64,000 nucleotides of DNA from an uncultured Chthonomonadaceae bacterium (GTDB lineage Bacteria; Armatimonadota; Chthonomonadetes; Chthonomonadales; Chthonomonadaceae): NCBI GenBank assembly GCA_963817895.1, contig CAWFQB010000006.1, forward strand, positions 320,001 through 384,000, read 5' to 3'. The number at the start of each line of letters is the position of its first letter. Positions within the stretch are counted from its first letter, which is position 1. This document shows positions 34,074 to 45,912 of the stretch, in pieces. Made by a program: the position numbers and the translations under genes. The notes beneath the pieces were generated by a model. That model worked only from the letters and a program-made list of their open reading frames with translations, did no database searches and had not been told where the DNA came from.

Positions 34074-35682
34074 TTAGAGTGTGCCGCCGGTTTTATCGCC
34101 GGTGGTGTCGGTCTTATCGCCGCCGGTTTTGTCGCCTTTGTCGCCACTGTCTGTTTTGGTATCGGTGTCTTTGGAACCGCTGCCGCCCTTGTCCGTCTTG
34201 TCGCTCTTGTCGCCGGAATCTTTGCCACTGTCTTTGGAACCGGCATCGCCTGAAGAGTCTTTGTCTTTGCTCTTCTGAGTGTCGTCGGACGTATCACCGG
34301 AATTCCCATTACGCTTCCGATGCGCGCGTTTCCCGTCCGAAACTCTCTCTTCAGTCACGCCGTCTACGGGCGTCAGATCACTTGTTGTCTCTGAGCCGTC
34401 TTTGGTATCCGTGAGGGGGTTGCCGCTATCATCGCGGGGAAGGCTGGCTTCAGAGGCTGCGGAACTGTGCCGCCGTGAACGCCGACGCCCGGAACCTTCG
34501 CTGCCGCCGCCGCCCTCCCCGGAACTGTTCAGACCGCGCGAATTGTTGAGTGACGCCACCTGTTCCCAATTGGGCAAATCCAATAGCACCCTTGTCTGGT
34601 CGCCCTCATAGAACAAATCCGCGATGACTTTGGTGGCCTTGTCCTGATAAATGTAGCAGTAACTGCGGCCCTCATAGTTCGGCAGGGTAATCAGCTGTAT
34701 CTGTTCCGGCTTGAGTTTGCGGGCGAAGTTGGCGAGCGCAGATCATTTGGTCCTGGTTCAGATTAGAATGCAGGTCCGAGGTGATCGCGTTAAATATGCC
34801 CGGCAATTTTGTAATAATGGTTGGATTGACTTTGCTGCGGACCGCTTCCAGGAACTCATGCTGGCGTTCCGAACGGGCAAGGTCGCTGTCGGAGTGGCGA
34901 ATACTCACGTAGCCCATCGCCTTATACCCATTCAGATGCTGCATACCCGGCTGTAGATGAACGTGCAAGTTGCCCCAGTTGTCGTCATAGTTGAGGGGTT
35001 TGTGAATGTTGACATCCACGCCGCCAAGTTGCGTTGACGATTTTCTGAAAACTCTCGAAATCCAGCGTGACGTAGTAATCGCTGTCAATTCCAAAGCGTT
35101 CCTTGATGGTGCGAACCGACAGGTCGTTGTCACCGAATTCATGCGCAGCGTTGATTTTATGCAGGCCACGATGGTCGGGAATGGATACGGCAGTGTCCCG
35201 GGGGATGGTCAGGCACTTGATCGTACCGGCGGCAAAATCTACATGCGCGAGCAGAATACTGTCGCTGCGGCCCGGAGTTGTCAGGATGGGCTTTTGCGTC
35301 CGGTCATCATAATCATGATCACAGCCCATAATCAGGACGTTGATCGAGGTACCCTTGGCCGTTAATCCTTGTCTTTCCGGTGTCCAGGGCGCGGTAATAT
35401 CGCGGTCCCCAAACACTTCCCTGGGATGGAGGCAATTTGATTGATCGCGCTGGCAATCTCCTTGCTGTTGTGATAGAGATACCCGAAGGCAGTTCCGGCA
35501 ACCAACGCTCCAACCGTGACAACGGAAACCACGCCCCATTTGAGATAGGTCCAGACGTTGCGAGGCCGCGCCGTTTTGGTGGATGCGGCAGCCGCAGGCT
35601 TGGCCTCGAAAGAGGATGCGCCTTTGGGGACGTTGTTCGTCAGCGGAAACTTGCTATTGTCAGGTTGTTCCGGGTCTTTCAC
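34074..35682 (-). CDS. LCP (LytR-CpsA-Psr) family protein with a D/K/G/S/T-rich tail; frameshifted
   Basis: TM helix, NVLIMGCD, RSDSILL, TIPRDT, KINAAH, LGGVDV, RHSDSDLARSERQ. Confidence 0.88.
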
Positions 35683-36097
35683 GTTTGGGGTTCTCCTTGA
35701 AATCGCCCATATTAAAGCATACAGGAGTTCGTCGAATATGTTGGCGCATACACCGCTAATGTAAGCCTCCCGATGGAGCGAAAACACAATCAGCCAAGAG
35801 TATCAAATTCATCATAGCATGAGAGATACCATGCTGTCAAGAAATGGTTTAGCGCTATCCTTGCATACGGCGTTTTAAGCCATTCCTTTGCGCATCTATT
35901 CGTCATTGTTGAACATTTAGAAGATAGGCGCGTCAACAATCTAAAAAACCGTAAAATATGTGCAACTCGCAGGCATGGGCGCGTGTCCAAAGCGGAATAA
36001 GTCGGTGTTTGGTATTTGGTATTCGGTGTTGGGAACATCGCTTTGATAGATTTGCACAGGGCAACTCCTTTTCTTCGGAACTACTGAGGCTAATTTT

Positions 36098-38536
36098 ATG
36101 CGCTTTGTTCGGTTCTCCCTTTTGTCTACACTGGTTGTTTGGAGTGGCGTAACTTCTGCCGCGTTTGCCGCGCCACCGACTCCGAAGGCCGACGCGAAAG
36201 CCTCTGCTGCCCCCGCAAAGATTGTGGCGAACGGTTCTGCCGCTGTCACCGCTTCTAAAGCTGCCGTCGCTTCTAAACCCATTGTGAAACCCGTCGAGTT
36301 TCTGCGGGATGTGGCGCCCATTCTGGACCGGAACAGCTGCTCCACCGCGGCGTGTCATGGCAAGTTCGGCGGCCGGGGCGGGTTTCAGATTTCTCTCCTG
36401 ACCCTCAGCCCGGAAGACGATTACGAGCCGCTTATCTATGGCGCGCGGGGGCGGCGCATCAATTTCGCCGAACCGGAAAAAAGTCTGCTGCTCCTGAAAG
36501 CGGCGGGACAGGTTCCGCACGGCGGCGGGCCGCGCTTTCGCGCCCGGTTCGCCCGATTACAACACGCTCCTCAACTGGATCAAGCAGGGCGCGCCATTTA
36601 GCGAAAAAGACCCGCGCCTTGTCTCCCTGACCATTACGCCCGCCAAAGTGACCCTGCATCAGCCCCGCTACCGACGCCGATTGTAAAACCAGCCGCCGAT
36701 CAAAACAGCGCAGGCACAAAGCCACGCGGCAAGAACGGCAAATCGATTGTAGTTGTCGCGGCAAAGCCTGTCCGCTCCGTCCCGCGCCGAAGCGCCGCAA
36801 ACGCAACTGCGCGTATGGGCCACGTACACGGATGGCAGCAAGCGCGACGTGACCAGCGCAGACCGTGTTTCAGTCCACCAATAGCGGCGTTCTCAGTGTC
36901 GCGGCGGGCGGCGAAGTGACCGGGCTAGCGCTGGGGCGGGGGCGCGATTTTGGGCCGCTATCTGGGAACCATTGCCGCCTCGTTCGTCACCTTGCCGCAG
37001 GAGCGCAAGGGCGCGTACCCGGCGCTGCCCGCCGGCAACATCATTGACAAGTTACGTGTTCGACAACCTGAAAGCGCTCAACGTCGTGCCGTCCCGCCAT
37101 CAGCGACGGACCTGGAATTTCTGCGCCGCGTCACGCTCGACACGCTGGGACGCCTGCCCACGCCCGAAGAGATCACCGCGTTTCAGGCAGACACCGCCCC
37201 TGACAAGCGCGCCAAACTGATAGACGCGCTGCTGGAAAAGCCGGAGTTCGCCGATTATCGCGCCATGCGCCTGTCCGATCTGCTGCGCGTCAATCCGCGC
37301 AAAATCGGCAACGGCAACGATCCTCTCGCGAACGCGAGCGCGGTGCTGTTCTACGAGTGGATCTGGAACAGCGTCCGCGACAACAAGCCGTAGGACCAGT
37401 TCGTGCGCGAGCTGATTACGGCGCGGGGCAGCACCTATCAGAACGGCCCGGCCAACTTCTATCGCATCGAGCGGCAGGCCAACGACCGCATGGAGAACAT
37501 CGGGCAGGCGTTTCTGGGCGTCCGCATGTCCTGCGCCCGCTGCCACAAGCACCCGTTCGACCGCTGGACCACCGACGACTACTGGAACTTCGCCGCCTTT
37601 TCGCAGAAGGTGTCGGGGCGGGGCGGGCGTCTGTACGACGAGGAGATCATCGGCTACAATCACAGGCGCGCAATTGACGCAACCAGTCGGTGACAGGCCG
37701 CAACCGGGGCAAAATCGCGCCCGCCACCTATCTGGGCGACAAGCAGCCCGCGCCCGATCAGCCGGACATGATCGACGGGACTGGCGAACTGGATGACCGA
37801 GTCCGAAAAACCCGTTCTTCGCCCGCGCCACCGTCAATCGGCTGTGGTCGTACTACTTCGGCAGAGGCATCATTCACCCGGTGGACGACATGCGCGCCAC
37901 CACGCCGGAAAGCGTTCCCGGCCTGCTGGACGCGCTGGCGAAAGAACTGGTAGATCACAAGTACGACATCAAGCACGTCATTCGCCTGATCCTGAACTCG
38001 CAAAACCTATCAGACTTTCCTCGGTTCCCAACGCCTCCAATCGAGCAGGACGACCGGTTCTTCTCGCACTTCATGCCGAAACCGATGCCCGCGCAGGTGC
38101 TGCTGGACATGATAGATCAGGCGTGCGGCGTCAAGGAGCAGTTCGGCAATTTCCCGGAGCGCAGCCCGCGCCGTGCAGGCCGCCATTCCCATCGGCAACA
38201 GTTTCCTCGACGCCTTCGGGCAGTCGCACCGCGAGTTCCTGACCGAGATCGACCCGAAACTGGAACCCAATCTCGTCCAAACCCTGACGATGATCAACTC
38301 GCCCTACATCGAGGACAAAGTGGACAACGGCACAACGACGCGAACCATCGTGAAAGACGCCAAAACCGATGAGGATGTGGTGCGCGACTGCTATCTGCGC
38401 ACCTTCTGCCGTCCGCCGACACCGACCGAAATGACCAAAGCGACCGCCCTGATCTGCAAAGCCAAAAACCGCGCCGAGGGCGCGCAGGATTGCTCTGGGC
38501 GCTGCTGACTCCCGCGAATTTTATTTCAATCACTAA
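36098..38536 (+). CDS. DUF1549/DUF1553 (planctomycete-type) protein with CxxCH motifs; heavily frameshifted, one in-frame TAG
   Basis: VEFLRDVAPIL...ACHGK, EFLRRVTLDTLGRLPT, FLGVRMSCARCHKHPFDRWT, GIIHPVDD, C-terminal SREFYFNH*. Confidence 0.85.
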
Positions 38537-38563
38537 TTTAACCATACACCCCGGAGGGCTTCC

Positions 38564-39886
38564 ATGGAGCTACAACTGGCTGAGCGACTGCGAGAACTTT
38601 CATCGGCGCGATTTTCTGAAGGTCGGCATGTTGAGCATGCTGGGCCTGTCCTGTCGAAGTACTACGCGCTGGCGGACACGACCAACAAAGCCGCGCTGCC
38701 CAAAGGGGCGGGAACGGCGGACTCGTGCGTGCTGATCTGGCTGGGCGGCGGGCCGAGCCATCTGGATACATTGGACCGAAGCCGGACGCGCCGCTGGAAA
38801 TCCGGGGCGATTACAAGCCCATCAACACGACGGCAAGCGGGATGCAGATTTCCGAACACATGCCCAAAACGGCGAAAGTGGGCGACAAAATCTGCGTGGT
38901 CCGCAGCGTCACCAGCCCGACCGGAGCGCATGAGATCGGCACGCACTATATGCTGACCGGCTTTCTGCCCCTGCCCGGTTTCGCGGTTCCCAGTTACGGC
39001 GCGGTCGCGTCCCAGCTGCTCGGCCCGCGCAGCGCCCTGCCGCCCTACATCTCCGTGCAGCAGCCGATGGGCGAGCAGGGCGCGGGCTTTCTGGGCGCGG
39101 CCCTGAACCCGTTCTATCCCGGCGGCGACCCGGCCAACCCCAACTTCAAGGTGCAGAACCTGGAAGCGCCCGGCAACATGACCGTAGAGCGTCTGGATCG
39201 CCGCAAGTCCCTGCGCGAAGCCGTTGACAGCGCGTTCAAGGCGCAGGAAAAGGGCAGCGACACGGCCCGCGCCGTAGACAGTTTCTACAATCGCGCCTAC
39301 ACGCTGCTGTCTTCGACCGAGGCCCGCGCCGCCTTCGACCTGAAGAAGGAAAAAGAAGAACTGCGCAACGCCTACGGGCGCAACAACTTCGGGCAGAGCC
39401 TGCTGCTGTCGCGGCGGCTGGTGGAAGCGGGCGTCCGCTTCGTCACCTGTTTCGCTCGGCGGCTGGGACAACCACTCGCAGATTTTCAACCAGCTTGAAG
39501 AACGGCGTCCTGCCGACATTCGATCAGGGCTTTGGCACGTTCATCGCCGACCTGGCGCAGCGCGGCCTGCTGGAGCGCACGCTTGTCGTGGTCATGGGCG
39601 AGTTCGGGCGTACGCCGATCATCAACAAGGACGGCGGGCGCGACCACTATCCCCGCGTCTTCTCGCTCGTGCTGGCGGGCGGCGGCGTCAAGGGCGGCAC
39701 GGTCGTCGGCGCGTCCGATGCGCGGGGCATGGAACCGGCCTCCGATCCCGGTTCGCCCGGAAGACCTCGGCCGCGACCATCTACCACTGCCTGGGCATCG
39801 ACTACACGCAGAGCATCGCGTCCCCGGAAGGCGTCCGCATCACCCTGGCGCGCGGCGGCTCGCACATCCGCAAGGCCGTAGGGTAA
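38564..39886 (+). CDS. DUF1501 domain protein with a Tat-like RRDFL leader; frameshifted
   Basis: RRDFLKVG, LIWLGGGPSHLDT, YGRNNFGQSLLLSRRLVEAGVRFV, GEFGRTP, GRDH. Confidence 0.9.
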
Positions 39887-39894
39887 GAATAGTA

Positions 39895-40054
39895 AACCAC
39901 GAAGAACACGGAGGACACGGAGAAATGCAGTTGGAGAGAACAGAAACAGAGTGTGAAAAGCGGAGGCAGGATGTCTGCAAAAGTGAAATCATGGCGAAAT
40001 ATTCTGCGCCTTTCTCTCCTGTGTTTCTCCGTGTCCTCCGTGTTCTCCGTGGTT
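39895..40054. repeat. Inverted-repeat element AACCACGAAGAACACGGAGGACACGGAGAAA ... TTTCTCCGTGTCCTCCGTGTTCTCCGTGGTT
   Basis: Arms are near-perfect reverse complements; the right arm lies inside the WD40 gene's signal peptide. Confidence 0.8.
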
Positions 40055-41281
40055 GATACCGCAAATGCGCAGGCAAAGCCGGACGTAAAACCGGCGGTCT
40101 CGACGAAAGCGGTTGCGCCTGTAAAGCCGGACAGCAAGACGGTTGTGCCTCCTGTGGCTGTCCCCGCCAAGACGCCACCGCCTGTGACTGTAAAGCCGGG
40201 AACGCCAGTAACGGCAAATTCAGCGACACAGACAACGCCGCCGGTTCCAACCGGTCCTACGCCGATTGTCGTAGATCATCCCGTTGCGGCGATTACGTCT
40301 CTGGCGTATAGCCCGGACGGGAAGAAGTTGGCGCTGGGGACGTAGGGGCAGGTTGTTGTTTACGATACTGATACGTGGCAGCCAATTGGATTGACGCGGC
40401 AGGTGGAGGACGCAGTTCGTTCGCTCGCGTTCAGCCCGGATGGATTGACGCTTGCGATTGGCTGCGGGCTGTCGGGACGGGATGGCGTTGCCCTGACATG
40501 GGATATGAACTCTGCGAGTAAGCCGCGTTCGTACCCGGCGCAAAAGGACACGATTGAGGCGCTCGCGTTTCGCAAGGACGGCAAAGGCCTGCTGTGCGGC
40601 GCGGACGATAACAAAGTCCGCTACTTCGGCAGTTTCCCCGATGCCAACGGAACCGTTCTGGATGAGCATAACGGGCGCGTACAGGCCGTCGCCTTTTCTC
40701 CCAAAGCCGATTACATATTTATTACGGGCGGGCTGGATCAGATCGTAAAAGTGTGGGATATGGCAACCATGCACACCGTCGTCAATTTCGATCAGAGCGA
40801 GGGCGGCATGACCGGGCTGGCGTTCATCAACGAGGGGCAGTTTGTCGGCAGCAGTCTGGACGGCAAATTGTACTGGTGGGGCATCGGCTACGACACCAAG
40901 AAGCAGACTTACAGCGGCTACCACTTCCGCACGGTTGGAGCGCACGACGGCGGCGTCTTGTCGCTGAACAATTCCACGGATGGCAGGCGGCTGATAACCT
41001 GCGGCATGGACAAGTCCGTCATCATCTGGAACCCGGACGGCGGGCGCGTTCGCGAGTTCAAAAATCTGGCGCAGCCAATGTACGCGGTCGCCCTCAGTCC
41101 CGACGGCAAAACCGCAACGGGCGGCGGTCGCGACGGCATCCTGTACGTCTGGGACGTGGACGGCAACAAACTCATCAACAACCTCCTTCCCCCCGAATTG
41201 CCCAAACCCCCTGCGCTCAAACCCGTTGCGCCTGTGAAAAAGATACAAGTGGGTACAAAATCAGTAGCAAAGCGCAAGTAA
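39971..41281 (+). CDS. Secreted WD40-repeat protein; one in-frame TAG at 40343-40345
   Basis: SLAYSPDGKKLA, SLAFSPDG, VQAVAFSP, IVKVWD, VALSPDG; ORFs 39953..40345 and 40391..41281 are in the same frame. Confidence 0.88.
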
Positions 41282-41300
41282 GGGAGAAGGAGATACTGTT

Positions 41301-41843
41301 ATGTCGTGGCATAACTTTGAGAACGGTAAACAGTATTCGCTCAACCAAATTTTGGAAACCTGTGATAAACATATACATTCCGGCGGGGTGAAGAACGAGC
41401 TACAGAAACTAAAGTATCTGCGGGTAATTAGTGATTGCCGCCAATCGAACCTCGTGTACAACCCAAAGAGTGATGGATGGGGCAATTCACCGCTCAATCC
41501 CAATAGCTGGGATACGACTGGCGGTGAACCCATCAGCGGCGTATCAAGCGCGTTGGAAGATACGACGCTGCAAAAGCGGACGGCGGTTCCTATGATATAC
41601 TGTAGGCGGAGGAAGAAAATGGACGAAACTGTTACAGGACAATCAAACCTCAAAACGACAGCCGATTACAAAGCCGCTTTCACGCAATTGCTCGTTGAGA
41701 TGGATCGTGTTGACGAACGGATGGACAAAGACCGCGCCGAAATCGAGCGGTTGAAGATCGAAACACAGGTTATTAAAGCGCGAACCAGCGCGAATCTCGC
41801 CCGCTTGCAGGAGCAGATCAACCATCTGTCGAGGGCCGTATAG
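41301..41843 (+). CDS. Hypothetical protein; the C-terminal coiled-coil part may be a separate gene from ATG 41619
   Basis: RBS-like sequences before both 41301 (AAGGAG) and 41619 (GGAGG); heptad pattern in the last 75 aa. Confidence 0.55.
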   Translation: MSWHNFENGKQYSLNQILETCDKHIHSGGVKNELQKLKYLRVISDCRQSNLVYNPKSDGWGNSPLNPNSWDTTGGEPISGVSSALEDTTLQKRTAVPMIYCRRRKKMDETVTGQSNLKTTADYKAAFTQLLVEMDRVDERMDKDRAEIERLKIETQVIKARTSANLARLQEQINHLSRAV

Positions 41844-41846
41844 CCG

Positions 41847-42134
41847 ATGTGGAAACAGCTGATTGACATTGGCAACAAACTGTTCACTCTGATGCGAAGA
41901 GTAGAAAAACTTGAGGAAGACAGCAAGGCGATTCATCAGGACATCAAGGAACTTAACCAGAAAGTAGACCAACTCACCGAAGCGGTTCAACGTCTCGCCT
42001 ATGAGTTCCAGCGTGACCGGGAGAACGCCGAACGCGACCGAGAAATACAGCGTCTGCGGTTGGAAAATATTCTGCTTCGCTTCGAGCGCGGTTTGCCACC
42101 CGGAAATAAACCGGACGGCGAAGGCGAGGCATAG
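41847..42134 (+). CDS. Small coiled-coil protein
   Basis: Continuous heptad pattern; starts 3 nt after the previous stop. Confidence 0.7.
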   Translation: MWKQLIDIGNKLFTLMRRVEKLEEDSKAIHQDIKELNQKVDQLTEAVQRLAYEFQRDRENAERDREIQRLRLENILLRFERGLPPGNKPDGEGEA

Positions 42135-42300
42135 CGGTAAAACTATGAAGCAAGGAGAAGGCAGTGGGGATAGCGTTTAATGGGTTGTCCTTACTCGGTA
42201 TATTCTGTGTGGTACTTGGCCGTGCAGAAAGAGGCAACAGCCCGACTGCTACCCCTGTCTTCAGCAACCCGTCCAGTTTGCTACTGTACCCGGTGCGCAA

Positions 42301-42702
42301 GTGACGCGACCCGAAGCCACGCGGCCTTCCAAACCCGTTAGGAGTACGGTCACGGCTGAACTCGGCAAAATAACACAGAAGCCAGAGGAGTACCCTGCTG
42401 GCGACCGTGAGGCGGTTCGCGCAATGGCGAAACTCCTACGGAAGAACCCGAAAGCCACCGACTACATCGTGCGATACACAAATGTTTGGCCCCCAAACAA
42501 TCCGCTTGACAGGTATATCCGCTATGACCGGCCCTCGAAGACACTGTATGAGTCGAAGCACGGGGGCGCGGATTGGGTATATCGCGGGGTGACGCCTGAT
42601 ATACTGGTGAAACTGGCAAAGGTGTCGTACAGCAAATATGTGACTGTGGAAGAACTAGAAACCATGTTTGGCTGTAAGCCCGGTCGGAGCGCGACGAACT
42701 GA
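42301..42702 (+). CDS. Hypothetical protein (5' end probably frameshifted, true start near 42144)
   Basis: Protein-like ORF; a hydrophobic signal-like segment lies upstream in another frame. Confidence 0.45.
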   Translation: MTRPEATRPSKPVRSTVTAELGKITQKPEEYPAGDREAVRAMAKLLRKNPKATDYIVRYTNVWPPNNPLDRYIRYDRPSKTLYESKHGGADWVYRGVTPDILVKLAKVSYSKYVTVEELETMFGCKPGRSATN

Positions 42703-42759
42703 TACAAGATGCGTCTAAACAATCCTGTGCGCGAATAAGACAGCCTGCTGAAGAATGGT

Positions 42760-43137
42760 ATGAGTATGGACTTTAAAACTACACTGCAAAGCGCGGTTCC
42801 TGTTGGCACTATCCTCCAGAACCCCGGCGGTGGAACATCTGAAGTTGTGTGCATTTCTGACGAAGTGATTACCTATCGGCGCGGTAACACCAATATGAAA
42901 GTGTCACTGCAAAATTTATTCGATGCATACTGGAATTTCAGGGGACGCGCTATGTCCTCAACCGAGTTGAGAAAATTTCGGCCTTTCGTCTTTGATTCCA
43001 GCGCGCGACCGGCTGGACATTCATGCAACTGTACGTTCCTATTTTTGGTGCTGCAACGGCTTGGAATTGTCAATGCTATTGAGGGCAAAGGAATCAGCGG
43101 CAACCCATTCTTTGTCAATGTAAATGGATCAAACTGA
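42760..43137 (+). CDS. Hypothetical protein
   Basis: Protein-like ORF with a GHSCNC motif, overlapping the XisI start. Confidence 0.6.
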   Translation: MSMDFKTTLQSAVPVGTILQNPGGGTSEVVCISDEVITYRRGNTNMKVSLQNLFDAYWNFRGRAMSSTELRKFRPFVFDSSARPAGHSCNCTFLFLVLQRLGIVNAIEGKGISGNPFFVNVNGSN

Positions 43138-43462
43138 ACGCTACCGAACCGTGATCAAAGAGTTGCTTGAAGAAGTGGGAGGTTATGTACCCTCCACAGA
43201 CAGCGTTCGCACGGAACTTCTGTTTGACGATGAGCGCGGACATTACCAACTCTGCGTTGTCGGACGGGAAGTGAACAGACGCGTTTATAATATCATGATG
43301 CACTTTGACCTCATAATAGATGGCAAGATATGGGTTCAGGAAAACGCGACGGATATTGATCTCGAACACTACTTTTTTCAGGCGGGTGTTCTTTTTGAGC
43401 ATATCATGCCGGGAATGGTCCCACCTGAGCAGCGGCAATACTCTGACTTCGCCATTGCCTGA
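43124..43462 (+). CDS. xisI: XisI-family protein
   Basis: YRTVIKELL...LFDDERGHYQL...HFDLIIDGKIWVQENATD...RQYSDFAIA. Confidence 0.88.
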   Translation: MDQTERYRTVIKELLEEVGGYVPSTDSVRTELLFDDERGHYQLCVVGREVNRRVYNIMMHFDLIIDGKIWVQENATDIDLEHYFFQAGVLFEHIMPGMVPPEQRQYSDFAIA

Positions 43463-43520
43463 CCGGATGTAATCGTCTGTGCGTCTTCGTTTCAGAGGCG
43501 CACAGAAAGACTTCTTCACT

Positions 43521-45741
43521 ATGCAAACCAACAAAAACTCTGTAGCGTTCGCTTTACTTCTTGCGGGAATGGCTGTTTCCTGTCTGTGTCAGGCGCAGTT
43601 GCCGCGTATCAACACCTTTTTTCCGATTGGCGGGAAGGCGGGGGAAACGGTTGATGTCGAGATACGCGGGTCGAGTTTGACGGGCGCGGACAAGCTGATT
43701 GTGCAGGGCGCGGGCGTGACCGGGACTATCAATCCGGGTGGCGTGAAAGCGGATGACACGTTCAAGCCGATCTTTCAAAGCAAATGCGCCTCATGCCATG
43801 AATTGCGTTCGCCGTCCAACCGCAGCATGACGCCCGCGCAGTGGGCCGCAACCGTTGATCGCATGGTGAAAGTGCGTCAGGCCCCGCTTTCCGCCGATGA
43901 AACGACAAAAGTGACGCAGTATCTAACGGCTTTGGCGCGGGCGGGTAAAATTACGGCGCAGATCAAAATCGCGCCCGATACTCTGCCCGGATTGTGCGAA
44001 CTTCGGGTTGCCACGCCCAAAGGGGTTTCCACAGTCGGCCTGTTTGAAGTGGGACGGCTGCCGGAACTGCTGGCGGTCAACAACACGATGCAGCAGCCAC
44101 TCGCGGTGACTCTGCCCTGCGTGGTCAACGGCAACATGGCGGCGAACGGCGAACGGCACTATCTCAAATTCGCGGCACAAAAGGGTAAGCGTTATGTTTT
44201 CAACCTGAAGGCGTACCGCTACAACGAACTGTCGCAGGAGTTTTTCAATCCCAATCTGCGCCTGTACGACGCGCAGGGCAAACAGCTTGTGGAAAATCAC
44301 GGCTATTACGATCTCGACCCGCTGATTGATTGGACCTGCCCGGAAAACGGCGATTACACTCTGGAAGCGCGCGATCTATTGGGTAAAGGCAATCCGGGCA
44401 GCGTGTACCGGCTGGCAATGGGCAATGTGCCGTATGATACAGCGATTAATCCGCCCGCTGCAACCGTAAACGCGCATATCAACGCAAACGTAATCGGCAG
44501 GAATATCGAAGGCGCGAAGACCGTTTTCGCAATGGATACGCCGCCCCGCGCAGGCATTATCACGGTGAGCAGCCCGCTTGGGCCGGCCCCTATGTATGTG
44601 TCCGCGTACCCGGTGGTTCGCGCCGACAGCAAGCCGAGCGCGAATACCACGCTGCCCGCCGCGTTCACCGGACGACTGACCAATGACGGCGACGCGCAGC
44701 AGTTTTATGTGCAGGGGAAAGGCCGCTTCGAGTTTAGCGTGTATTCCACCCGACTCGGCTCTCCCTCTCGCGTCCGTGTGACCCTGCTGAATGAGAAAAA
44801 AGGCGTGGTTGCGAACATGGGCGGCGTGGGGCGCAACGACGGGCTGAGACGTTTGGAAGTGGATGGCCGAACTCGTGGCCGATCTGCAAGCCGACAAAGT
44901 GTACACGCTCAAAGTGGAAGCGCCCAAAGAGAAGATGCAAGACCCGGAGGATGACAGTTCGGGAACCAGTTATGTGTATTGCGTGGAAGCCAAACCGTCC
45001 GCCGCCGTTTTGGAGTGCGTTATGCGTCCGGCAAGCGTAACCCTTCGCCCCGGCATGTCCACGCCCGTTGAAGTGACGCTTGCGCGGCGCGAGGGAACGA
45101 CCGGCGACATTACCGTGACGGCGACAAACCTGCCTCCCGGCGTCACCGCGTCCCCCGCCATTATTCAGCCGGACCGTCAGCGCGCGTATGTGATTTTGAC
45201 AGCAGACGCGGGCGCGATGCCTGCCGAGCAGCCGATTGAACTGACGGCAAGCGGGCAGGGGCCGAACGGCGAAGTGACAACCCGCGCCGTGCCGCAGGAA
45301 GAGTACCGAATTCAGAACAATCCGCGCTATCTCACGCGCTCCGAGTGTCTCGTCGTCGTGCGCGGGCAGCCGGAATTCAGCGTCACGATTGAGGATAACG
45401 GCCCGATCAAAGCGCATCCGCGTAAAAGCGTGGACGTGAAAGTGAAGATACAGCGCAAGGGCAATTTCAAGGGCAATGTGACAATTCAGATCGAGAACCT
45501 GCCCTCCGGCTGGGTTGCCAATCAGGAAACCGCAGGTCCGAACCAGACGGAAGTAATCATGCGGGTACGCCCGGACGGCAACAATCCCCTTCCGTTTCTA
45601 CAGCGTGATCCGAAGTGGACGACGATTAACGCGCTTATTATTGCCACTGTGGACGAGTATTCTTTTGTTATGGCGACCCGCCCTGTACAAAAGTCGGAAA
45701 CGGCGGAAGCGGACTTGAAGAAAGAACAACAGCAGAACTGA
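43521..45741 (+). CDS. Secreted PPC (pre-peptidase C-terminal)/Ig-repeat protein with an inserted c-type cytochrome domain; frameshift near 44860
   Basis: FPIGGKAGETVDVEIRG, CASCH heme motif, DPLIDWTCPENGDYTLEARD, NLPPGVTA. Confidence 0.78.
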
Positions 45742-45774
45742 ACAGTTGATAGTTGATGGGAATACAGTTTTTCG

Positions 45775-45806
45775 CAGCCAGCCGGAACTTTCGACTGGCT
45801 GTTTTT
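45775..45806 (+). terminator. Rho-independent terminator
   Basis: CAGCCAG...CTGGCTG followed by T5. Confidence 0.6.
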
Positions 45807-45912
45807 AGTTGTATCTGGAAATCATAGAGGAGTCGGAAACGCGGATAGCGAACTGTCACAACAATGAATGTACGAGACGCGTTGCGCGTGTTTGCGCGTG
45901 AAGGAGGGCGTT

